Assembly (NCBI GenBank): GCA_963701095.1
Contig: OY969564.1
Coordinates: forward strand, 1,408,001 to 1,472,000
DNA from: an uncultured Methanoregulaceae archaeon
GTDB lineage: Archaea > Halobacteriota > Methanomicrobia > Methanomicrobiales > Methanospirillaceae
Length of the DNA stretch: 64,000 nt
Direction: 5' to 3'
The translations under genes were made by a program, and so were the position numbers. The notes beneath the pieces are model-generated. The model had not been told where the DNA came from. It was given only the letters and a program-made list of their open reading frames with translations, and did no database searches. The stretch's first letter is position 1. Each line of letters starts with the position of its first letter. Of this stretch, positions 22,469 through 31,599 are shown piece by piece.

Positions 22469-23972
22469 GTGATAAAAAAACTCCTTATATTCGTGCTGAT
22501 TATGGCACTTTGCCAGATTGTAGTTACCCCTCTTGTGTCTGGATATAGTGAAGGATTAGGGCCGGTAATCACAGAAACCACTACGGAACCGACACTTATG
22601 CCAACGGTAATTGAACCAACTACCGGGCCTACACTCATGCCAACTGTTACCGAACCAACATCAGTAGTTACTACAATTGTGACTGCTGTACCTACGACTT
22701 CCGTAGGAGGCCACCAGGGATGGATTGATGTATATTGCAATGTTGATGGATCCACGGTTTATTTCGATGGAACATATGAAGGCATCACAGCAGGGGGCAT
22801 CCTGTCAGTACCGGTTTTCACAACCGGGACACCGGTTAGAACGATTACTGTTTCCCAGACGGGTTATACAACATGGACTGGCAACCTCCCTGCTATGCCT
22901 TCCAATGGGCAGCATGTTTCAGTTTACGCAACCATCAACCCGCTTACCACGATTCCTACTCCTATCCCGCCGGTGACAACCGGATCTATCTATGCCCAGT
23001 CCAGCCCGGCCGGGGCTGCAATCTATATGAATGGGAATTTCTATGGGTACTCGCCTCAGACCATACCTGGTCTCGCGCCAGGTGCCTACTCTATGAAAGC
23101 CACCCTTTCCGGTTATACTCCCGATAATACCCTGGTTTATGTGTACTCCGGGCAGACAGCGCCGTATTACCCGGTCCTCCAGCAGTCACCCCAACCCCGT
23201 CAGACAGGTACGGTATATGTGACCTCCAACCCAACGCAGACTGGGGTATATGTCGATGGAAACTATTACGGAACCACTCCCCTTACCCTAACCCTGTACC
23301 CTGGCAGCCACCAGGTTGTACTCAAACTTTCAGGGTACAACGATTATTCCACAAATATCTGGGTAGTTGCAGGCCAGTCCCAGAACTTGCCGGTTACGAT
23401 GTCGTCAACAACATTCGGTAGTATTATTATTACTTCAGTCCCGGGAGCCATGGTGTATATGGACAGCAATGTTGCAGGCACGATCAATTCCGCCGGGACT
23501 CTCTCCCTTAATGGAGTTTCGGTTGGAAACCACATCTTCAAGGTGACTGCACCGGGTATAACACCTGGCTTAACACCGTGTACATCCAGCCAAATACCCT
23601 AAATACCATATCTGCGGCCCTTACACCTATCGGAGTACCTACGACAACAGTTCCGGCCTCAGGGGGTCTTACCATCGCTTCAACCCCCACTAACGCGGAT
23701 ACGTACATAGATGGTGTATACCGTGGTATAACCCCGCTCACCGTACCTGGCCTTGCACCAGGTGACCATTTGGTTCGCCTGTCCGCAGCCGGCTACGTAG
23801 ATTATTCAACTACGACAACAGTGACTTCGGGGCAGACCTCACCGCTGGCTATCGCGCTTGTTGTCGCTCCAACACCTACTGCAACCCAGTCACCAGCACC
23901 GGGTTCTTATCAGTACTCTGCGTCCTTGCGGCTGCAATAGGAATATGCTGGTATACGAGGAGGGGATTCTGA
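22469..23972 (+). CDS. PEGA-repeat cell-surface protein with PGF-CTERM anchor; 1-nt deletions at ~23552 and ~23899
   Basis: Signal peptide, Thr/Pro-rich repeats, several S.P.GA.VY.DG.Y.G.TP units; repaired tail reads PGFLSVLCVLAAAIGICWYTRRGF*. Confidence 0.85.
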
Positions 23973-23973
23973 T

Positions 23974-24648
23974 ATGACACAAACCTGTTCATGTTCGACA
24001 AAACTTATTGCAACTGCAGTTATTGCTATCGTTATTATATCGTTACTGACCGCATTTGCATACCATAGTTCGAACGCCACACTCAGGGATGCTGTACAAT
24101 CCGGACTGAAATCGACGGCCGGAGTAATGGCTACACAAATCAACGCAAGTGACCTTAAAGGTCTCACACCAGGTGATGAGAACACGACCCAATACCTTAC
24201 GGTTGCAGCAAAACTGAGGAATATGCGTAGCATGAACGATCAGCTCCTCAATGCGTATATTATAAAAGTGAATACAACGGACATGTCTGCCTCATTTTTA
24301 GTTGACGACCTCTATCCACTTGATCCCTCAGGTTCAGCACGGATTGGTCAGGCAGATACGTCACCGGACAAAGTGCAAATTTTTGAAGCACTCTCAGGCC
24401 CCACAGCTTCTCCTGTACCTTATACCGATTCGTGGGGGTCGTTCATGTCTGCTTATGCACCGATCGATGACACGGCCGGTAATACATATGCGATTCTCGG
24501 TGTCGATGTGTCGGAAAACGATTATGTAGCTTCAACAACTCATGGGGAGTGGATAATAGTGACTGGAGTAGTCTCCATCGTAATTGTACTCTCCGCCTTC
24601 TACATGTTTAGTCGTAAGAACGAAGAAGAGATACCTAAGGTTCCGTAA
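23974..24648 (+). CDS. Two-TM protein with an extracellular Cache-like sensor domain and no output domain
   Basis: TM..YTDSWGSFMSAYAPI..AILGVDV..TM..short tail. Confidence 0.7.
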   Translation: MTQTCSCSTKLIATAVIAIVIISLLTAFAYHSSNATLRDAVQSGLKSTAGVMATQINASDLKGLTPGDENTTQYLTVAAKLRNMRSMNDQLLNAYIIKVNTTDMSASFLVDDLYPLDPSGSARIGQADTSPDKVQIFEALSGPTASPVPYTDSWGSFMSAYAPIDDTAGNTYAILGVDVSENDYVASTTHGEWIIVTGVVSIVIVLSAFYMFSRKNEEEIPKVP

Positions 24649-24830
24649 AAAAATACCATTTTGCACCCTTTTTTCTGTTTCGAAGATAACCGTAAATTCG
24701 TGAAGGTACAACGACATTTCCTTGGTTTTGATTTTGTGATTTGTAGTCTGCTGGTCTGCTCCCGTATCAGCACACTTATTGGCACCGCATAAAAAAGAAT
24801 ACCTAAAACAGCTATACTTCTCTGGCAATT

Positions 24831-25304
24831 ATGACAGCAGCACAAGAATCCGGTAAACGGGTACGACTTGAAACGAATATGGGCACGATTACTATTGCAC
24901 TTGATCCTGATATGCCTGTAACCGCCGGAAATTTCGAAACCCTTGCAAAGAAAGGCTATTACGATGGTGTCATCTTCCATCGTGTCATTGATGGATTTAT
25001 GATTCAAGGAGGTGATCCTACGGGTACAGGTATGGGGGGACCAGGTTATGCGATCCGTGACGAATTTTCGAGTCATAACAGGAACGATCGGGGAACCCTC
25101 TCAATGGCAAATGCCGGCCCCAATACCGGTGGCTCACAGTTCTTCATCAATCTCGTGAATAACAACTTCCTTGACTCTAAGCATCCGGTTTTTGGCAAAG
25201 TTATCGAGGGCATGGAAATCGTGGACAGGATAGCTAAAACAAAGACAGGACCTGGAGACAGGCCGATAGAGAAAGTCACGATCCTTCACGCGATTGTGGA
25301 ATAA
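24831..25304 (+). CDS. Cyclophilin-type peptidyl-prolyl isomerase
   Basis: FHRVIDGFMIQGGDPTGTG, SMANAGPNTGGSQFFI. Confidence 0.95.
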   Translation: MTAAQESGKRVRLETNMGTITIALDPDMPVTAGNFETLAKKGYYDGVIFHRVIDGFMIQGGDPTGTGMGGPGYAIRDEFSSHNRNDRGTLSMANAGPNTGGSQFFINLVNNNFLDSKHPVFGKVIEGMEIVDRIAKTKTGPGDRPIEKVTILHAIVE

Positions 25305-25461
25305 CTATCTCTCATTTTTATGGATGTCATATAACCGTATATCCTTGGTTTATGCATATCCCAGCCCAGGGAAAAATATAAAAGAGTCGGTATTCGCTTT
25401 TATTTATTCCAAAAGGAAACCTATGTCTCTCGAATTCAGAAAGTTTTAATCAGGGGCGATC

Positions 25462-26322
25462 ATGAAAAAACCCACAACGTATAAAAATAGTGACCTCGAA
25501 GCACATGCCTTGGAAATTATCGAACATCATCTGTCCCACCGGCCCATGACCCGGAAGATGTGGAGACTACTCAAGGATTCTCCCGAGGTTCAAGCCTACT
25601 GGAAGATGGCAAACTATGTCACCGGGACAAAACTTGGCATGAACGATCACGGCCGGACTCATGCGTATGTTGCTACTGCATCCGCACTCACCATGCTCGA
25701 TTTGCTCATTGGGTCCTCATTCTGCCCTGACATCATATCCGGGGGATTTGGTGATAATGACGACGCAGCACTTATCGTCATGACAGCGATGCTCTGTCAT
25801 GATCTCGGAAACACCATCCACCGCGAGGAACATGCAGATTTTGGCGTTATGATAACCATGCCGCTTCTTGAACGACTTCTTCCTGAAATTTATGATGACC
25901 CGGCAAAACTCATTGCAATCCGGTCGTTCATTCTCTCAGCAATGTACTCGCATCACGGGACACCACGGCCGCTTACTATCGAGGCGGCCCTTGTATGTAT
26001 CGCCGATTCAACTGACATGACAAAGGGCAGGGGCCGGGTCGCGTTTGATTCGGGCAGTATCACAATTCATTCTGTCTCGGCTTTATCTATCGAAAAAGTT
26101 GACATCAGGAAAGGCGATACAAAACCAATCAGCCTTGTGATCCACATGTCAAACCCTGCCGGGATCTTTCAGGTTCAGGAGATTCTCGCACCCAAGGTGC
26201 GAGCCGGCCCTCTCTTCGATGCCGTTGATGTAGTCGCAGTAACCACTGAAGAGGCACATGCGGCGGGCAATGCTATCGTTACCGGGATCCGTATGCAGGG
26301 ATCAAAATTCGTGCCCCTGTAA
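25462..26322 (+). CDS. HD-domain phosphohydrolase
   Basis: NDHG..H, LCHDLGN..HR, ADSTDMTKGR. Confidence 0.85.
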   Translation: MKKPTTYKNSDLEAHALEIIEHHLSHRPMTRKMWRLLKDSPEVQAYWKMANYVTGTKLGMNDHGRTHAYVATASALTMLDLLIGSSFCPDIISGGFGDNDDAALIVMTAMLCHDLGNTIHREEHADFGVMITMPLLERLLPEIYDDPAKLIAIRSFILSAMYSHHGTPRPLTIEAALVCIADSTDMTKGRGRVAFDSGSITIHSVSALSIEKVDIRKGDTKPISLVIHMSNPAGIFQVQEILAPKVRAGPLFDAVDVVAVTTEEAHAAGNAIVTGIRMQGSKFVPL

Positions 26323-26387
26323 CCGGAAAAATGCCTGACCATCAGAGATAAAGAAATATCGCTGACGGCATTAACCGATAATCATTT

Positions 26388-26887
26388 TTATTTTTCTTCC
26401 CGAGTGTGGGATCTAAGTTTACCGATGAAGCGTTCAAGTGCATCCCTTGACTCGCGCCGGTTCTTCGCCGATACTATAATAGTCTCGGCCCCGGAAAAAT
26501 GCATTTTTGCTGCATCGGGTTGTGCGCCTATTGCATCGCATTTATTCAGGAAGACAATTGATGGTATATGCGCATTCGAAATTGAGGTGGAAAGATGCTC
26601 CACAAATTCGTCCACCGGAGAGGTCACATCAACGAGAAGGATCGCACCATCCATTCCCTTGCCTATGATCTCACGGGCAAATTCAAAACGCTCCTGTCCC
26701 GGGTTCCGTACAGGTAAACCCTTTTTTCGCCAATCTGAACCCGACCGTAATCGAGCGCGATAGTGGTCGAACCGCCAGTGCATTCGGCCTCGATATGTTT
26801 TGCCTGCGGATCGAGTGTCTGGATAAACGTTGACTTACCCGCCCCGAACGCACCAAAAACGACAATTTTGTACTTTTCTTCTGCCAT
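26388..26887 (-). CDS. Small GTPase (MglA/GPN-like); 1-nt deletion at ~26700
   Basis: GAFGAGKST, TTIALDYG, YGTPGQERF after repair, NKCD, VSAK. Confidence 0.85.
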
Positions 26888-27022
26888 TGTGGTACGATGG
26901 GCGAAAGAGGCTGTTTACCGTTTCGGTCGGAAATATTTAATTGAGATGTGCCTTCTCCAAGTCTTCTCTATAGTTCTCAGAATTTTCCTTCCAGTAAACC
27001 TCAGATTCGTTTTAGCGGATCA

Positions 27023-27886
27023 TCATTTACCCTTTTTCCGGATGAACGTGCCGTTTTTATATTCTGCAAATGCTCGTTGCAGCTCTTCTTCTGTATTCAT
27101 AACAATAGGACCACCCCAGGCAACTGGTTCACGGAGAGGTTTTCCGGAGAAGTACAAAAACCGGGTTCCCATCTTTCCGGCATTTACTTCGATCGATGTC
27201 CCGTTGCCGGAATACAAGGCTATCATGCGGTTTTTTTGTTCTTCGTTCCGGTGCGGATCAAAAATTCCAGATCCCGCGATAATATAGGCAGCTGCCGTAT
27301 ATCCAGACCTGACTGGAAGGGTGAATTGCACCCCCGGTTCAAGTGTGACATCGAAATAATCCGGGTCCGTAACGATATCACGTACTGGACCAGTTACACC
27401 GTCGATTGTCCCGCAGATAACTTTAACAACAGCGCCATCGGAAACATCGACATGGGGTACATCCCTTTCGCGGATCTCCTGGTATCGTGGATCCATCATC
27501 TTATGGCTTTTTGGGAGGTTGACCCAGAGCTGAAATCCTCCCATCTTCCCTTGAACAGGTTTTGGCATTTCCTGGTGGATAATCCCTGAACCTGCTGTCA
27601 TCCATTGGATTCCACCGGCATCAACACTGCCTGCATGGCCCATACTGTCGCCGTGCTCGACTTTTCCGTCAATCATATATGTTACGGTCTCAATGCCCCG
27701 GTGCGGGTGCCAGGGAAACCCTGCAAGGTAATCTTCCGGCCGGTCTGCACGAAAATCATCAAGCATGAGAAACGGGTCAAAGTGGGGTATCTGGGAATAC
27801 CCAAATACACGGTGGAGCCTTACCCCGGCGCCATCGATCGTTTCCTGGGAAAAAAAGAGCCTTGATATTTCACGTACCTGTGGCAT
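27023..27886 (-). CDS. Pirin family protein
   Basis: DPFLMLD, GFPWHPHRGIETVTY, QWMTAGSGIIHQE, GGPIVMN. Confidence 0.93.
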   Translation of the reverse strand: MPQVREISRLFFSQETIDGAGVRLHRVFGYSQIPHFDPFLMLDDFRADRPEDYLAGFPWHPHRGIETVTYMIDGKVEHGDSMGHAGSVDAGGIQWMTAGSGIIHQEMPKPVQGKMGGFQLWVNLPKSHKMMDPRYQEIRERDVPHVDVSDGAVVKVICGTIDGVTGPVRDIVTDPDYFDVTLEPGVQFTLPVRSGYTAAAYIIAGSGIFDPHRNEEQKNRMIALYSGNGTSIEVNAGKMGTRFLYFSGKPLREPVAWGGPIVMNTEEELQRAFAEYKNGTFIRKKGK

Positions 27887-27966
27887 GATCCAGCCTTTAC
27901 CACAATCAACGGATAAACATGGCGAATGTTACATATTCCCTTCATTGCCAGGAATATATGACCATA

Positions 27967-28239
27967 TTATGGACAATGGCAGGAACCGTCGCCAAGGGAG
28001 GACAACGGTGTAACAGTCGTTGAAACAACGGGCTCCATGGGACAGTTGCAGATAATGCTCGGCCGTGGCACAGGCGCCGTTGCGTTCTCGTTGGAGGCTG
28101 TCGGGGTTATTCCAGGGCTTACGGTAAGGTGCGGCTGAGGCTGTCCAGGCTGCGATGTAATAAGGCAGCCGCATAAACAAAGAAAAAACAGGATCAGAGT
28201 GACAAAAAGCAAATAAGATCCTAATATTTTCAGATTCAT
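27967..28239 (-). CDS. Small putative lipoprotein with CxCP motifs
   Basis: AGGTGA SD upstream; hydrophobic N-terminus ending LCGC; CNCP and CHCP. Confidence 0.55.
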   Translation of the reverse strand: MNLKILGSYLLFVTLILFFLCLCGCLITSQPGQPQPHLTVSPGITPTASNENATAPVPRPSIICNCPMEPVVSTTVTPLSSLGDGSCHCP

Positions 28240-28551
28240 TGAAATCACCTTACTATTTTCTGAAAGCACTTCTAATTGTTGCCTTGATTTCAAAAAAGTC
28301 GCAGTTATCTCTACGGACATTACTATTGCCGGATAGTGAGAAAAGAATATTATTCACTGTCCATCAGAGCTGGTTGAAAATAGATTTCAGTTGCTGAAGC
28401 GTGGATGGTGCCATTTGCCACTGCATCGTGAAATGAAGGTATGACATTAGTTCACCGAAAACAGCAATTATATTTAATTTTTGAAAAAATTCATATTTTG
28501 GATATATGCTTAATGAAAATTTCCGGGACTGTCCGGGAATACATTCGGCAC

Positions 28552-28794
28552 TCAAGCCCGCAGGGTCCACCGGACTGTGATCGCATGCACGGGGCAGAAG
28601 TCATTGCACAGGAAACACATGCAGCACAAATCACTTTTCTCCGGATAAACACCGTTTCCTTTGACCGAGACAAAAACGCCCATCGAGCACAGATCTACGC
28701 ATTCGTGTTTGTTATGGCAATGATGGCTCCTTCTGCACAGGTCCGGATCGACGTAAACTTCAGTTCCTACTGTCGTTGCGGGTCCGACTTCCAT
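28552..28794 (-). CDS. 4Fe-4S ferredoxin-like protein
   Basis: CCMCFLCNDFCPVHAI plus an atypical first motif Cx5Cx5Cx3C. Confidence 0.75.
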   Translation of the reverse strand: MEVGPATTVGTEVYVDPDLCRRSHHCHNKHECVDLCSMGVFVSVKGNGVYPEKSDLCCMCFLCNDFCPVHAITVRWTLRA

Positions 28795-28933
28795 GAAAAA
28801 ACTCCTTGTTTTCTGGTCTTGGGGGCGGCGGTACACCGCACCTGTATATCTTCTTTATATATTCGAGTTTTAATTATAAATTAATACTTTTACTTTGAAA
28901 AATAAGGGAAAAATCACCGTATTAAAAAAGATT

Positions 28934-29851
28934 TTATCGTTTCTGCTCTGACTCACCGGTCTTTGGCTGTGCCGGCCGGTTCCGTTTCCAGAGCCAATAG
29001 CCAATGTACACGATACAGCCGATGATGACCAGCGGCAGCACAGTTATAATAAACACGATGATTGAATCGACGACACCGAAGAAACCGGCAATACCCTCAT
29101 TTATGGCTGACACGAAGTCGAGACCCTGCGGTCCGCCGATAGGTTCTGGCTGCTGCAGGGAGACGGTGATGGTCGCATAATCGATTTGGCTGTTGAGGTA
29201 CTTCATGGTCCCGGTGACCCGATCTAAGTTGGTCTGTACATCATCAATCTGTTGTTGGATTGAGAGGACATCTTCGACCTTAGTCGCATTTTTCATGATC
29301 GCATTATATTGGGTGATCTGATTTTGGTACGCGGTGATCTGAGCCTGGACATCTACATATTCTTCAGTAACATCTTGTGCCTGGGTAGAAAGGGAGGTAA
29401 CTTTCCCGATTGCGTTTACATCGGCAAGTGTGTTGTCGAAATGGGTAGCAGGGATCCGGAGTTCAATGGAGCCGGTAGGTTGGCCGTTGTAATCAGTACC
29501 GATATTGGTCGTTGATACGTATCCTCCTGCCGCGGTGCCGATGGTCGCGATGACCGCAGCAGCATTTGTAACATTACTCACTTCAAGCGTGACATCCGCA
29601 GTTTTTATGATCTTCGTGTCGACGCCCTGACCCGGCTCCCCTCCAGATGTAGAAACTGGCGGTATTATCGGCCCGGATCCCACGATTGCCGCGTTTGTGC
29701 CTTGAACATACGAGACCGGGACGCTTTGTGCCGTTGGCGGAGTGATCTCTGCGACGGTCGACTTCGCGATACCGCTTTGTGTGCTGGTGCAACCGGCTAT
29801 ACCGACTGCTGCGATACATATGATGAGAATGACTAGCATTTTGTAATTCAT
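28934..29851 (-). CDS. DUF4349-type lipoprotein
   Basis: IAGC lipobox, KIIKTA..LEV, LRIPA, QDVTEEYVD, coiled coil, C-terminal TM. Confidence 0.8.
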   Translation of the reverse strand: MNYKMLVILIICIAAVGIAGCTSTQSGIAKSTVAEITPPTAQSVPVSYVQGTNAAIVGSGPIIPPVSTSGGEPGQGVDTKIIKTADVTLEVSNVTNAAAVIATIGTAAGGYVSTTNIGTDYNGQPTGSIELRIPATHFDNTLADVNAIGKVTSLSTQAQDVTEEYVDVQAQITAYQNQITQYNAIMKNATKVEDVLSIQQQIDDVQTNLDRVTGTMKYLNSQIDYATITVSLQQPEPIGGPQGLDFVSAINEGIAGFFGVVDSIIVFIITVLPLVIIGCIVYIGYWLWKRNRPAQPKTGESEQKR

Positions 29852-29889
29852 ACTAGCCTATCTATGACCACAATATAAATATACGACGT

Positions 29890-29913
29890 TAACTGCGAAA
29901 ATTTCCGCAGTTA
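29890..29913. promoter_or_regulatory. Perfect 8-bp inverted repeat, putative operator
   Basis: TAACTGCG-N8-CGCAGTTA just upstream of the TATA-like box (29871-29882) of the DUF4349 gene. Confidence 0.4.
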
Positions 29914-30081
29914 TCCCGGGCTTTGGGTGATTTGGGGCGTATTCTGGCCAAAATAATATGTTGATATACACGTGAACCCAACCCAATTAAAAGAATGAAG
30001 GAGGGGGTTCGGTCTTTGGAGTTATATGATTACCGGGAACAGGGCTGTTCGCATACCGGGGAAAAAACGCACAATTTGGGC

Positions 30082-30225
30082 GGGTATTGCATAGGGTTCA
30101 ACGTAGGGACCGCGGCCGCTCAAACAATAATTCACTGTTACTACCATGTGATGTCCCGTTAAACCGGCGATGTCCATGATCCACGAGGCGGAATCCGGGG
30201 TGGCATGCCGAAAGGCGTCAGTGAT
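30082..30225 (+). pseudogene. Degraded C-terminal fragment of a HIT-family hydrolase
   Basis: Translates GYCIGFNVGTAAAQTIIHCYYHVMSR*TGDVHDPRGGIRGGMPK versus the family pattern G.NIG.N.G.AAGQT..H.H.H.IPR..GD..DPRGG.RG; in-frame TAA at 30160. Confidence 0.7.
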
Positions 30226-30241
30226 GAGCATATGAATACGA

Positions 30242-31470
30242 TCAAAAAGGATCCGCAACAAACGCTGTAGAAGAGAGTATATCACCAAGCCCCGTCGTTT
30301 TCTTTACACCCTGCGAAATAAGGGTAGGGACGAAAACTACAATCTGATCCTCAACCGTGAAAATTCCCGGTGTTTCGACAGGACCAAATGCGGCAAGGAT
30401 TTTTTCATATGCATTAAGTCCCTCACAGGACATGACCTGATTGCCCCCTCCCGCTTCGCCGGCAACCTTCTGAGCTGCAAAAAGAAGAGCATTTCGGGAT
30501 AATACAGGCTCACCAGACCCGGGTGCTAAAATAAGGATATAGTACCCGAATGTATGCACATGTATTCTTTGAACACCTGTTGCATGGGCACATGCAACGG
30601 CGTCGCGAACCATTGAAACAGGGGATAACGGAGATCCTGAAATAGACTTGGGATCAAACGATCTCATATATTCACCCAGCTCCAGTTCATTGAGCCCTAT
30701 GCTATCCATGTGGGGGAAAATATGTTCGATTATCATGGATATGACCCGGGAATTTACTCCGGACACACATTCCATATGCGTCCTCATGAGGGGATTGACG
30801 CGACGTATTGCCAGTGCCTGCGAAGCCGCCGTTATAAAATCCTCTTTTTTCTCGAGGAACTGGTAACCGGAAAGAAACGCACGCCGGCAGGATCTAATTT
30901 GATTGAGGAAAGAATCCTGCCTGTCTATTGGAATCACGACGGTACGTGGGTCATGTGCCGGTGACACAATAAACCGGTTATTCCGGGTACAACTCCTTCG
31001 GCCAACGGTATAAGACCCGGTGAAAATTCGAAAATTAAATGAATTCTGTCGGGATGTTTCCCCGCTTCCGGAAAAGTGAGAGGAAGAACACCGGCATGCT
31101 GAAGCAAAGTCCTCGTACGGGGCCCGGCTCCCGGAACGGCACAGGTGACCGGAGCTATCCCAATCCTGCGCATTTGTTGCGCTGCAATACCAGCCTGTCC
31201 ACCTAGTGCAAAAGTACCTGTGTTGGAAAAATAAGATGAAATTTCAGAAAACACTGCATGGTCATGGATAACCATTTCGTCTGCCGAACAATAACGCATC
31301 GAATGTTGGAGCCGGTTAAGAATACTACTAAACTTTTTCTGCTTCCTGAAATCACACAAAAGTGACGGGGTAACCGGGATGATCCGGTCGATATTTGCAT
31401 TGAACCCGGTCAAGACGGGGTAGAGCCGTGGATTCTGAAGGAATGCATACTGATCAGACCAGACATTCAC
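30242..31470 (-). CDS. ADP-dependent glucokinase/phosphofructokinase; 1-nt deletion at ~30985
   Basis: GFNANID, GGQAGI.A, IHLIFEF, VPRNNRFI after repair, SIGLNELE, TTGLGDILS. Confidence 0.88.
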
Positions 31471-31599
31471 GTACCTTCACCGCACGCCAGATACGTCTTG
31501 GGAAGATGATAAAGGTGCCGGAACCTTTCGTATTCTTTTGTACCTTTCCATAGTTTTAACCTTTTTTTAGTCCATACGGGTCTATGGAGGGTTTCACGT

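Noticed and set aside
22577..22665. Short tandem-like repeats (..ACACT(T/C)ATGCCAAC..)
   Set aside because: They encode the PTLMPTV Thr/Pro linker of the PEGA protein.
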